A DNA stretch of 12,434 nt from an uncultured Burkholderiales bacterium (lineage in GTDB: Bacteria > Pseudomonadota > Gammaproteobacteria > Burkholderiales > Burkholderiaceae_C). Numbering within the stretch: the first letter of the stretch is position 1; each line of letters opens with the position of its first letter. Below are positions 1 through 7,568 of the stretch, piece after piece. The translations under genes and the position numbers were made by a program. The notes under the pieces were generated by a model. The model did not search any database, was not told the DNA's origin, and saw nothing but the letters and a program-made list of their open reading frames with translations. The DNA lies in the NCBI GenBank assembly GCA_903956845.1, contig CAJBOO010000238.1, forward strand, positions 1 to 12,434. The letters are read 5' to 3'.

Positions 1-134
1 GCCAACTCGATCATGTCCAACGTCAGTAAATCATTGATCTTGCGGTGAAGCATGGCGGGTGAGCCGATGTGGCTCAAGCCCATGGCTTGGGTCACGTTCA
101 AAGGCTTACCTGCATGGTTTTCACTGTTGGTCAA
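1..134 (-). CDS. Partial CDS (N-terminal end only, continues past window start); possible winged-helix/HTH DNA-binding protein
   Basis: Not in the supplied track because it runs off the window. Manual minus-strand translation from TTG at complement(132..134) gives (M)TNSENHAGKPLNVTQAMGLSHIGSPAMLHRKINDLLTLDMIEL..., open to position 1. An in-frame TAA lies 8 codons upstream. An alternative ATG start is at complement(81..83). The segment LNVTQAMGLS...LHRKINDLL resembles a helix-turn-helix. Family and start codon are unverified. Confidence 0.25.
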   Translation of the reverse strand, partial: MTNSENHAGKPLNVTQAMGLSHIGSPAMLHRKINDLLTLDMIEL

Positions 135-314
135 GACTAACCATAGCGCATTTATTTAAGAAATGCTTTAACCTACATCAACCATCGGCTTTTTTCGCTA
201 ACTGTTGTCTTTGAAAAAATCAAAAAAGAACACCATTTTGAAAATGAATACCGTTGTGAACCCAGTTGGCGTGACCGTCGTGTGCCTGGGTACAAAGAAG
301 TCAGAGGGTGGTGC

Positions 315-1148
315 TCATGCCGATTGCAATGCGTCGCGTGTGCGCTGTGCCACTTGGCGTGCCGCATGCGCAAAGTCCGCTTCTGAGGATGCATACAACA
401 CCGCGCGTGACGAGTTGACAACGATGTTGCCGCTCACCCGTCCATCGGTGTGGCGCAAACCTGCTTTGACCGTGGCCGCGGCATCACCACCTTGGGCGCC
501 CACGCCCGGGATCAGCAAGGGCAGCGTCGGCGCGATGTGGCGCACGCGTTCAATCTCGGCTGGGTAGGTGGCGCCCACCACCAAACCGAGTTGACCGTTC
601 AAGTTCCAAGGCCCTTGGGCCAAACGGGCAATGTGTTCGTACAGCAAAGGTTGTCCCTCCACCGAAGCCAAGCGCTGGTTTTGCAAATCGTCGCCACCCG
701 GATTGGACGTGCGGCACAGCAAAAAAGCGCCCTTGCCATGCCGCTTCAGGTAGGGCTCAACCGAGTCAAATCCCATGAATGGCGACAAGGTCACGGCATC
801 GGCGCCATAGCGCTCGAAGGCTTCGATCGCGTATTGCTCAGCGGTGGAGCCAATGTCACCGCGCTTGGCATCCAAAATCACGGGCACATGGGGCGCGACA
901 TCGCGCATGTGTCGGATCAGTCGCTCGAGTTGGTCTTCTGCGCGGTGCGCTGCAAAGTAAGCGATTTGCGGTTTGATGGCGCAAACCAGGTCGTGGGTCG
1001 CGTCAACGATGTGGGCACAAAAGTCGTGGATCTTGGCCGCATCCTGGTGCATGGCGGCGGGGAATCGGTGGGGCTCAGGGTCCAGGCCCACACACAGCAG
1101 TGATTGGGCGCGTTGGCTGGCTTGTTGCAGCATGTCGGTGAAGGTCAT
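315..1148 (-). CDS. pyrF: Orotidine 5'-phosphate decarboxylase (type 2, long form)
   Basis: 277-aa ORF. Motifs typical of type-2 OMP decarboxylases: LCVGLDP near the N-terminus, [38 protein letters not shown]. The start ATG is at complement(1146..1148). Confidence 0.9.
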   Translation of the reverse strand: MTFTDMLQQASQRAQSLLCVGLDPEPHRFPAAMHQDAAKIHDFCAHIVDATHDLVCAIKPQIAYFAAHRAEDQLERLIRHMRDVAPHVPVILDAKRGDIGSTAEQYAIEAFERYGADAVTLSPFMGFDSVEPYLKRHGKGAFLLCRTSNPGGDDLQNQRLASVEGQPLLYEHIARLAQGPWNLNGQLGLVVGATYPAEIERVRHIAPTLPLLIPGVGAQGGDAAATVKAGLRHTDGRVSGNIVVNSSRAVLYASSEADFAHAARQVAQRTRDALQSA

Positions 1149-1179
1149 GCGGCAGATTGTAGAAGTCGGGGCAGGGCCT

Positions 1180-1977
1180 TCAGGCGGGGCGCACCTGTTG
1201 CATCGCCAGGCACAGGTCTGCCCAGGCTTTGGCTTTGTCGGAGGGGGTGCGCAACAAATACGTGGGGTGGTAGCTCACCACCACCGGGCGACCATGTGCC
1301 TGGTGTACCTGGCCACGCAACTTGCCCAGGGGCTGCGAAGCCCCCTCGCCGAGGGCGGGGGTCAACAAGGACTGCGCAGCAAAGCGACCCAAGGCCAAGA
1401 TCACCTTGGGCTGCAACAACTCGATTTGCCGCTGCAAGAAAGCATGGCAATGCGCGATGTCTTCGGCGCTGGGGTTGCGATTGTCATGCGGGTGGCATTT
1501 CACCGCACTGGTCACCACGGTGTGTTCTGGCCCAGGGTGTTGGGCTTGGCGTGACAAGCCCATGGCTTGCAGCATCGCGTCCAGCAACACACCCTCATCG
1601 CCCACAAAAGCATGGCCTGCTCTGTCTTCGGCGTCCGTGGGTGCGTCGCCCACGATCAACCAATCGGCGGTTTGGCCGGGCGCGGCCGAGCCGCTGGCAA
1701 ACAAGCTGTGCTGGCGACCTTGGCACAGGCCACAAGCCTGGCAAGTCTGGGCCGCATGCGACAGCGCAGCCCAATCCATCTGCGCCAAACCCTCGGGCAG
1801 GGGCGACAAGGCCACGGCAGAGGAGCGAGCGACCACAGCGGCCGCTGTGGGTGATGGCACCGCTGGCTGCACCGGCACCGCTGGCTGCACCGGCACAGGC
1901 GTGTTGGCTGGCGACCACACCCGCACGCCCATCTCAGCCAAGATGGCGCGTTGACGGGTGTCCAAGTTCAAGCTCAT
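1180..1977 (-). CDS. Uracil-DNA glycosylase, family 4 (Fe-S type) with N-terminal Pro/Ala-rich extension
   Basis: 265-aa ORF. It has the Cys cluster [10 protein letters not shown], the motif [30 protein letters not shown] (a variant of family-4 GEAPG..E...G.PFVG.AG.LL), [23 protein letters not shown] and a C-terminal YHPTYLLR. It follows rimI, a common arrangement in betaproteobacteria. Confidence 0.8.
   Translation of the reverse strand: MSLNLDTRQRAILAEMGVRVWSPANTPVPVQPAVPVQPAVPSPTAAAVVARSSAVALSPLPEGLAQMDWAALSHAAQTCQACGLCQGRQHSLFASGSAAPGQTADWLIVGDAPTDAEDRAGHAFVGDEGVLLDAMLQAMGLSRQAQHPGPEHTVVTSAVKCHPHDNRNPSAEDIAHCHAFLQRQIELLQPKVILALGRFAAQSLLTPALGEGASQPLGKLRGQVHQAHGRPVVVSYHPTYLLRTPSDKAKAWADLCLAMQQVRPA
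1856..1896. repeat. Perfect 18-bp tandem repeat (about 2.3 copies) inside the UDG linker
   Basis: GGCACCGCTGGCTGCACC occurs at 1856-1873 and again at 1874-1891, followed by a partial GGCAC. It is in frame and encodes the duplicated [12 protein letters not shown] in the minus-strand protein. Confidence 0.9.
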
Positions 1978-1987
1978 GGGTCAAACC

Positions 1988-2461
1988 TTAACACTGCAAG
2001 CCCATGACCACCGCGTCCTCGCGTTGCTCGAGGTTGAGGGGGTAATAGTTTTTGCGCCAACCCTCTTGCACAAAACCGTGCGCTTGGTAGACAGCGATCG
2101 CCCGTTGGTTGCTGGCCCGCACCTCTAACCAAATGGTGTGGGCGTCTCGGCTGCGGGTCCAGTCGAGCAAGGCCTGCAGCATCATGCGCGCCCATCCTTG
2201 GCGTTGGTAAGCCGGGGCGACGGTGAGGTTGAGCAAATGCACCTCGTCCACCCCGCGCATGGCAACCAGGTAGCAAGCCACCTCTTCACCCACGTGCCAA
2301 ACAGGCATGTGGTAACCCGAGGCGATCGAGTCGACAAAATGACCGCGTGTCCAGGGGTGGGAATACGCACTTTGCTCGACGTGCAAGACCTGGGGCAGGT
2401 GGTCGACGTTCATCGGCACAGACGGGGGGAAGGGCGCTGATGTGCCCCACAAACGTTTCAT
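1988..2461 (-). CDS. rimI: Ribosomal-protein-alanine N-acetyltransferase (GNAT family)
   Basis: 157-aa ORF. The GNAT core is LLNLTVAPAYQRQGWARMMLQALL...LEVRASNQRAIAVYQAHGF, with an N-terminal E..AYSHPWT motif typical of RimI. The start ATG overlaps the tsaB stop in an ATGA at 2458-2461. tsaB-rimI adjacency is conserved. Confidence 0.85.
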   Translation of the reverse strand: MKRLWGTSAPFPPSVPMNVDHLPQVLHVEQSAYSHPWTRGHFVDSIASGYHMPVWHVGEEVACYLVAMRGVDEVHLLNLTVAPAYQRQGWARMMLQALLDWTRSRDAHTIWLEVRASNQRAIAVYQAHGFVQEGWRKNYYPLNLEQREDAVVMGLQC

Positions 2462-3162
2462 GCAGACGCGGCTTTCACTGCAGCGCGTTCGAGGGTGGTC
2501 AAGGCCACTTGGTCGCGCACGTATACCGGCAGGGCCAGTTCGGGAGGCACGGCCTCACCGCGCTGCCAAGCCAAGTCAGCCAAACGCAACATGGCGCTGG
2601 CGGTTGGCCATTGCTCAAGCCCTTGCACGCCCGCTCCCAGAAGGTGTTGCAAACCTTCTGCGTGAGCGGCTTGTGCATTGCCCGCCAAGACCACCGATGT
2701 GGCTGACCATTCGGCAGGCAACGCCAAGGCAGCCGCGGTGGTGAGCATGGGCGCTTGCACCACTTGCCAAGCCTGACCCTCCCAGGCACAGGCCGAGGCA
2801 TACACCTGCCCCATGCGCGCATCCATCACGCTCATGACGCGCGTGCCTTGCCCACGCGCGGCTTCGGCCACGCACATCAAGGTGTCGATCGGCAGCAGCG
2901 GCAGGTTGGCACCCAAGGCCAAACCTTGCGCCACGGCACACGCGGTGCGCAAGCCAGTGAACGCGCCGGGGCCTTGGCCAAACGCGATGGCATCCAGTTG
3001 CTGCAATGCCATGCCGGCTTGCGACAGCAAACCCATGATGGCGGGGATCAGGCTGGCAGAGGACTGCTGGCCGCCCACACCGTCATGGGTCCATACCTGT
3101 CCTTGGGCTTGCAGCGCCAAGCTCATGCGCTCAGTGCTGGTGTCAATGGCCAAGCACTTCAT
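2458..3162 (-). CDS. tsaB: tRNA N6-threonylcarbamoyladenosine (t6A) biosynthesis protein TsaB
   Basis: The track ORF 2458..3615 is 385 aa, but the recognisable TsaB begins at residue 152. That sequence is MKCLAIDTSTERMSLAL...IAFGQGPGAFTGLRTACAVAQGLALG...PLLPIDTL. The ATG at complement(3160..3162) overlaps the upstream EamA stop (ATGA). The upstream 151 aa are antisense to the EamA gene and are rejected. Confidence 0.85.
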   Translation of the reverse strand: MKCLAIDTSTERMSLALQAQGQVWTHDGVGGQQSSASLIPAIMGLLSQAGMALQQLDAIAFGQGPGAFTGLRTACAVAQGLALGANLPLLPIDTLMCVAEAARGQGTRVMSVMDARMGQVYASACAWEGQAWQVVQAPMLTTAAALALPAEWSATSVVLAGNAQAAHAEGLQHLLGAGVQGLEQWPTASAMLRLADLAWQRGEAVPPELALPVYVRDQVALTTLERAAVKAASA

Positions 3163-4139
3163 GCGCTCACCTTGGCCAAGGGCGCTTTGCGCACCCCAAA
3201 CAAAATGCCGGCGGTCACCAGCGACAAGCCCAAGAGCAAATGCATGCCCAAGGGTTCGCCCAAAAACACCACCGCCCCCAGCGCCGACAAGCCCGGCACG
3301 AGAGAGGTGATCATGGTCGAGCGCACCGGGCCAAAGTAACGGATCATTTGGGTGAAGGTGATGCCCGAGATGACCACCGAGCCGCCGCCTTGGAACGCTG
3401 CTTGGAACAACAACTCGCTGGCGGGGGCACTGAGCAAATGGCTGGGGATGGCCCCGCTCACGGCCAGCAGGCTGTAGACAGGCACAAAGCTGAAAAAGGC
3501 AAAACACGTGATCGCGATGGTGGCGGGCACGGCTTGCAGGCCATATCGGCGGCTGATCACGCTGTAGGTAGACCAACACAAACTCGCGCTCAAAAAGAAC
3601 AGATCGCCCATCCACACGCTGCCACCATCGAAGGCGTGCAACAAACTGCTGCCGCCGACCAACATGCCGCCACTGACGATGAAGGCCAGGCCTGCCAATC
3701 GGTTGCCATGCAGACGCTCACCCAACAAGCCCAAGGCCAGCAGGCTGGTCCACACTGGCAAAAAGCCAGGCATCAACACCGAGGCGTGCGCGGCAGGTGC
3801 AAAGAAGAAACCGCTGTAACTGAGCACCGCGTAGGCCAAGCCGCCGAAAAAACCGATCCGCAGCGTCACGCCCCAGGGCAAGGGCGACAGCGACCACATC
3901 GAGCCGCTGTGTTCGCCGCGCAGGCGCGCTTGTCGGTTGAGCCAAAACCCCCAGGGCAGCAACACCAGGCTGGCGCCGACGATGCGCGCCCAGGCGATGT
4001 CCAAGGGAAGCAAATGGCGCGACGCCGAGGCTCGGGCGATGACGATGAAGGCGCTCCAAATCAAGACAGTGATGAGCGCAGCGAGCAGGCCCACGGTTCG
4101 AGGCGAGAGTTGCCGCAGGCGCTTTAAGGGTGAATGCAT
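3159..4139 (-). CDS. EamA/DMT-superfamily permease (about 10 TM)
   Basis: Hydrophobic ORF with two EamA-like halves (LLAALITVLIWSAFIVIARAS...; LFFLSASLCWSTYSVISRR...). The start was chosen at MHSPLKRLRQ (ATG complement 4137..4139). The longer 4181 start would overlap the divergent dacB region. The substrate is unknown. Confidence 0.7.
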   Translation of the reverse strand: MHSPLKRLRQLSPRTVGLLAALITVLIWSAFIVIARASASRHLLPLDIAWARIVGASLVLLPWGFWLNRQARLRGEHSGSMWSLSPLPWGVTLRIGFFGGLAYAVLSYSGFFFAPAAHASVLMPGFLPVWTSLLALGLLGERLHGNRLAGLAFIVSGGMLVGGSSLLHAFDGGSVWMGDLFFLSASLCWSTYSVISRRYGLQAVPATIAITCFAFFSFVPVYSLLAVSGAIPSHLLSAPASELLFQAAFQGGGSVVISGITFTQMIRYFGPVRSTMITSLVPGLSALGAVVFLGEPLGMHLLLGLSLVTAGILFGVRKAPLAKVSA

Positions 4140-4183
4140 CCAGGGATTATCTGTGGTGCAGCCGTGGGTTTCATAATGCACAG

Positions 4184-5644
4184 ATGTTTGCTCTGTCGCG
4201 CGTCACCCTGTTGCAAGCCGTTGGCTTGGGGCCCCCCACTCGTCGCCTGTGGGCCACCCGCTTGGCATGGCTTGCGCTGTGTTGGAGCACCCACACGTGG
4301 GCTCAAGCCACCCTGGGCGCCTTGCCCCCGGCGGTCGAAGACGCCTTGCAACGCGCCAAACTGCCGCGCGAGGCTTTGAGTGTCGTGGTCTTGCCCGTGG
4401 GCGCGGCAGGCCCTGCGCGTTTATCGCACCAAGCCGAGGCAGTGCGCAACCCGGCGTCCCTCATGAAGTTGGTCACCACCAGCGCTGCTTTGGACTTGCT
4501 CGGCCCCGCCTTTCAATGGCGCACCCCCGTGTTTGTGGACGGCAAGTTGCGCGACGGTGTGTTGCAAGGCCATGTGTATGTGCAAGGCAGTGGTGACCCC
4601 AAGCTGGGGGTCGAGCAACTGTGGCTGCTGATGCGCAGGTTGCATGGCTTGGGCATTCGCCAGATACAGGGCGACATCGTGCTCGACCGCAGTGCGTTCA
4701 GCTTGCCCCCGCATGACCCCGCTGGCTTTGATGGAGAGCCACTGCGCCCGTACAACGCTGCCCCTGATGCTTTTTTGGTGAACTTCAAATCCCTGTCCCT
4801 GCAGTTCGTACCCGACCCAGCCAACAAGCTCGCGCATGTGCATGTCGAGCCGCCCTTGGCTGGCGTGCAGGTGCAAAGCACCGTGCCTTTGATGGGCGGC
4901 GACTGCAGCGATTACCGCGCGGCCTTGCGTGCCGAATGGGGCAACCCATTGCAAGTGCGGTTCATGGGGGGGTTCCCGGCGAGTTGCAGCGAGAAGCTGT
5001 GGCCGGTGGCGTATGCCGACCCTGAACGCTTTGCCGCGCGTGCCGTGCAGGGCATGTGGCAACACGTGGGCGGCCAACTCAATGGCAGTGTGCGCGATGG
5101 TGTGGTGCCTGCGGGTTTGAAGCCCGTGTTCCTGGTGGAGTCACCCACTTTGGGCGAGGTGGTGCGCGACATCAACAAGTTCAGCAACAACGTCATGGCC
5201 GAGCAGGTGTTCTTGAGCTTGGCTTTGCAAAAGCGCGGTCAAGCCACGCCCTCTGTGGCCAAAGAGGTACTCGAGGTTTGGTGGCGTGAACGTCTGGGCA
5301 CCGAACCTCCCTTGCTCGACAAAGGCTCAGGTTTGAGCAGAGACCAGCGCATCAGCGCGCAAGCCTTGGCCCACTTGTTGCAATGGGACTGGCGACAAGC
5401 CTTCATGCCTGAGTTGATCGCTTCCTTGCCCTTGACGGGGGTGGACGGCACCTTGAAGCGCAGCAAGAGCAGTGCGAATGCGCACCTGAAGACGGGCAGC
5501 TTGAAGGACGCGATGGGCATCGCCGGTTATGTGGATGGGCAAAACGGGCAACGTTTTGTGTTGGTGGCGATGGTCAACCACGCCAACGCCAACCAAGCCA
5601 GACCGGTGATGGATGCTTTGATCGACTGGACCGCTGGGCGCTGA
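4184..5644 (+). CDS. dacB: D-alanyl-D-alanine carboxypeptidase/endopeptidase, PBP4 (peptidase S13)
   Basis: It has the active-site SxxK (NPASLMKLVTTSAAL), the SNN motif (INKFSNNVMAEQVF) and KTG (HLKTGSL), with an N-terminal signal-like segment ...LAWLALCWSTHTWAQA. The start is ambiguous: ATG 4130 in the track, ATG 4184 preferred (MFALSRV...), and later non-ATG starts are possible. Confidence 0.85.
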   Translation: MFALSRVTLLQAVGLGPPTRRLWATRLAWLALCWSTHTWAQATLGALPPAVEDALQRAKLPREALSVVVLPVGAAGPARLSHQAEAVRNPASLMKLVTTSAALDLLGPAFQWRTPVFVDGKLRDGVLQGHVYVQGSGDPKLGVEQLWLLMRRLHGLGIRQIQGDIVLDRSAFSLPPHDPAGFDGEPLRPYNAAPDAFLVNFKSLSLQFVPDPANKLAHVHVEPPLAGVQVQSTVPLMGGDCSDYRAALRAEWGNPLQVRFMGGFPASCSEKLWPVAYADPERFAARAVQGMWQHVGGQLNGSVRDGVVPAGLKPVFLVESPTLGEVVRDINKFSNNVMAEQVFLSLALQKRGQATPSVAKEVLEVWWRERLGTEPPLLDKGSGLSRDQRISAQALAHLLQWDWRQAFMPELIASLPLTGVDGTLKRSKSSANAHLKTGSLKDAMGIAGYVDGQNGQRFVLVAMVNHANANQARPVMDALIDWTAGR

Positions 5645-5691
5645 CCGACGGTCATCCCCACTTCTTTTGCGTGCACTATTTTGCATAAACT

Positions 5692-5715
5692 GGTTGTGCA
5701 TTGTGTTGCACAACC
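5692..5715. promoter_or_regulatory. Perfect 9-bp inverted repeat (GGTTGTGCA-N6-TGCACAACC) in the dacB/xmoC intergenic region; operator or non-canonical terminator hairpin
   Basis: Read directly: 5692-5700 GGTTGTGCA, loop TTGTGT, 5707-5715 TGCACAACC. No T-run follows on either strand, so it is not a classical intrinsic terminator. It is surrounded by further TTGCA/GTGCA words (GTGCAC 5671-5676, TTGCAT 5681-5686). Confidence 0.4.
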
Positions 5716-5780
5716 CACAAGATGGGCATTCAGACAAGAAATCAGATGAAAAACCCTTCATGAACTAGGTATTAACACCA

Positions 5781-5809
5781 TTGTTCAGGGGGTCTTTCTT
5801 TTCAAGAAT
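5781..5809 (+). promoter_or_regulatory. Candidate sigma70-type promoter for the monooxygenase operon (TTGTTC-N17-AAGAAT)
   Basis: -35-like TTGTTC at 5781-5786, a 17-nt spacer, and -10-like AAGAAT at 5804-5809, about 55 nt upstream of the xmoC ATG. This is pattern matching only, and other AT-rich hexamers in 5660-5830 are equally possible. Confidence 0.2.
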
Positions 5810-5851
5810 GCGAATGTCCGTTGCCTGGCAATGGTTTTTCATACCGCACCT

Positions 5852-5857
5852 AAGGAG
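5852..5857 (+). promoter_or_regulatory. Shine-Dalgarno sequence (AAGGAG) of xmoC
   Basis: AAGGAG lies 7 nt upstream of the ATG at 5865. It is the strongest SD in the window and fits a first gene of an operon. Confidence 0.75.
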
Positions 5858-5864
5858 TCATTAG

Positions 5865-6644
5865 ATGTCCACCTTGAGCAGCCGAGATCTCCATCTCAAC
5901 CCGACCACCGACACCACGTCGCGTTTCACCCTGAGTTATGTTTGGTTCGCCGTCGCCATGACCGTGTTGACAGGCGTGTATGTGTCTTACCGCGTCTACC
6001 AACAGATGTACGGCATGTCTGCCGGCCTGGACTCCACCGAGCCGATCTTCCAAGACATTTGGATGCGTTTGTTTTGGATCCAACTGCCCGTTTTGTTCGG
6101 CATCGTCGCCTTGATCCAGGTTTATCTGTTTGTCACACGTGACCGCAACATCGACGCGATCACCCCTGAGGTCGAACTCAAACGCTATTTCGCGCTCACC
6201 ATGTGGTTGGTGGTGTACACCTTCACCTTCTATTGGATTGGCAGCTTTTTCGGCGAAGGCGATGGCAATTGGCACCAAACCGTGCTGCGCGACACGCCCA
6301 TCACGCCCAGCCATGTGGTGCTGTTTTACGCCTGCATCCCGCTGTACCTGATGTTTGGCATTGGCAGCTTCGTCTATGCCATGACGCGCATCCCCGCGTT
6401 CTGCAAAGGCATCTCTTTGATGCACGTGTTCGCGGTGGTGGGTCCATTCCTTATCCTGCCTAACTTGGGCTACAACGAATGGGGCCATGCCTACTGGTTG
6501 ACCGAAGAAATCTTCTCTCATCCATTGCATTGGGGCTTTGTGGTGTTGGGCTGGAACGCCTTGTCGCTGGCTGGCGTCTTGATGCAAATCATCTCGCGTT
6601 TTCGTGATTTGATGCCCATCGTTTTCAAGAACGAAACCGCCTGA
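5865..6644 (+). CDS. xmoC: Copper membrane monooxygenase subunit C (PmoC/AmoC family; methane/ammonia/hydrocarbon monooxygenase)
   Basis: 259-aa polytopic membrane ORF with family signatures FYWIGSFFGEGDGNWHQTVLRDTPITPSHVVLFY and NEWGHAYWLTEEIFSHPLHWGFVVLGW. Asp133/His137/His150 have the spacing D-x3-H-x12-H, identical to M. capsulatus Bath PmoC Asp156/His160/His173. Asn204/His208/His222 have the spacing N-x3-H-x13-H, as in Asn227/His231/His245. Confidence 0.92.
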   Translation: MSTLSSRDLHLNPTTDTTSRFTLSYVWFAVAMTVLTGVYVSYRVYQQMYGMSAGLDSTEPIFQDIWMRLFWIQLPVLFGIVALIQVYLFVTRDRNIDAITPEVELKRYFALTMWLVVYTFTFYWIGSFFGEGDGNWHQTVLRDTPITPSHVVLFYACIPLYLMFGIGSFVYAMTRIPAFCKGISLMHVFAVVGPFLILPNLGYNEWGHAYWLTEEIFSHPLHWGFVVLGWNALSLAGVLMQIISRFRDLMPIVFKNETA

Positions 6645-6670
6645 ACGGCCTCCTCACCTAGGAATTCACC

Positions 6671-7522
6671 ATGAACACAGAAACACTGCAACACCCCCGG
6701 GGTGCTGCGGCAGGACAAACGCACGCCCACGATACCGTGGAAAGCGTATCAGGTCTGTCGCCCAAGGCCCTGCATTTCTCCCGCGTCTTCGAACTCTTTG
6801 TGGTCGCGGCCATCATCATGCTGTTTGCTGGCGCCATCCATTTGCATGTGCTGCTGTTGGCGGGCGACTGGGACATGTTCTTGGATTGGAAAGACCGCCA
6901 GTACTGGCCGCTGCTCACGCCCGTGGTGATGATCATGTTCCCAGCCGCTTTGCAGGGCATTTTCTGGACCTACTTCAGGCTGCCCATCGGTGCCACTGTC
7001 GGCGCGACTTGTTTGATGTTGGCCGTGTCGATATCACGACCCGCATCGTTCATGTGGTGGACCGACTACCCACTCAACCTGGTGTTGCCCGCGCAAATGA
7101 TTGCCAGTGCCATCGTCTTGGATGTGTTCCTGCTGGTGTTTCGCAATGCCTTGTTCACCGCGATCTTCGGTGGCTTTGCGTTCGCATTTTTGTTCTACCC
7201 TTCCAATTACGCCATCTTCGCGCCGTTTTACGTGCCAGTCAGCCACCAAGGCATGATGGCTTCCATGGCCGACATGATTGGCTACGTCTATCCGCGATCA
7301 GCGACGCCCGAGTACATCCGCATCATTGAACGCGGCACGCTGCGCACCTTTGGTGACTCGGCCAGTTGGGTGTCGGCCTTGTTTGGTGGCTTCATCTGCA
7401 TCTTCATGCACTACGCCTGGTGGTATTTGGGCATTGCCATGTCCTCCATGAAATTCCTGCCCAACAACGCCAAAGTCATGGCCTTGATGGGAACCAAACC
7501 AGATGCCAAAGCCGGTGCTTGA
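6671..7522 (+). CDS. xmoA: Copper membrane monooxygenase subunit A (PmoA/AmoA family)
   Basis: 283-aa membrane ORF with signatures GDWDMFLDWKDRQYWP, FRLPIGAT, FYPSNY and TPEYIRIIERGTLRTFG, which are near-universal PmoA/AmoA motifs. By eye against my recollection of M. capsulatus PmoA, the N-terminus is about 19 aa longer, with a His/Ala-rich GQTHAHD, and the C-terminal tail is also longer. A weak SD (AGGAA) precedes the ATG. Confidence 0.92.
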   Translation: MNTETLQHPRGAAAGQTHAHDTVESVSGLSPKALHFSRVFELFVVAAIIMLFAGAIHLHVLLLAGDWDMFLDWKDRQYWPLLTPVVMIMFPAALQGIFWTYFRLPIGATVGATCLMLAVSISRPASFMWWTDYPLNLVLPAQMIASAIVLDVFLLVFRNALFTAIFGGFAFAFLFYPSNYAIFAPFYVPVSHQGMMASMADMIGYVYPRSATPEYIRIIERGTLRTFGDSASWVSALFGGFICIFMHYAWWYLGIAMSSMKFLPNNAKVMALMGTKPDAKAGA

Positions 7523-7568
7523 GCACCCAACCTTCAAGGGGAAAATTGTGCTGTTGATTCAAAAAACA

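Noticed and set aside
200-314. Possible intrinsic terminator of pyrF: palindrome CATTTTGAAAATG at 234-246 and CCCAG...CTGGG at 271-300, adjacent to A/T runs
   Set aside because: The stems are either AT-only with a 1-nt loop or 5-6 bp with a loop of about 20 nt. Neither forms a convincing GC-rich hairpin followed by a U-tract on the minus strand.
450-1991. Long plus-strand ORFs (450..1103, 973..1554, 1104..1991, 1322..1954) overlapping pyrF and udg
   Set aside because: They are Arg/Gly/Ala/Pro-rich translations typical of off-frame or antisense reading of high-GC genes. The minus-strand frames encode clearly recognisable PyrF and family-4 UDG.
3163-3615. The N-terminal 151 aa of the 385-aa track ORF 2458..3615 (minus strand), which would make an extended TsaB
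   Set aside because: This part is Arg/His/Gly-rich, has no TsaB similarity and is antisense to, and fully overlaps, the well-supported EamA transporter gene. The recognisable TsaB starts at MKCLAIDTS (ATG at complement 3160..3162) with an ATGA overlap to the EamA stop.
4130-4183. Longer start choices for dacB (ATG 4130) and for the EamA gene (ATG at complement 4179..4181)
   Set aside because: Using both would make the divergent genes overlap head-to-head. The extra residues (MNASRDYLWCSRGFHNAQ and MHYETHGCTTDNPW) are not signal-like or TM-like. The internal ATGs give sensible N-termini. The choice is unresolved without experimental data.
5722-5763. 13-codon mini-ORF (MGIQTRNQMKNPS) in the xmoC upstream region, a possible leader peptide
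   Set aside because: It has no SD and no compositional or regulatory logic, such as runs of a particular codon. It is indistinguishable from chance in AT-rich DNA.
5826-5841. Sigma54-like element TGGCAATGGTTTTTCA about 25 nt upstream of the xmoC ATG
   Set aside because: The -24 GG is present and the spacing is right, but the highly conserved -12 GC is TC (TTTCA instead of TTGCA). No enhancer-binding-protein gene is in the window. It is kept only as a remote possibility.
5850-6587. 245-aa minus-strand ORF antisense to xmoC
   Set aside because: It has a His/Asp/Gln/Gly-rich composition with no motif, and it lies entirely inside a CDS with strong family signatures. It is a typical shadow ORF.
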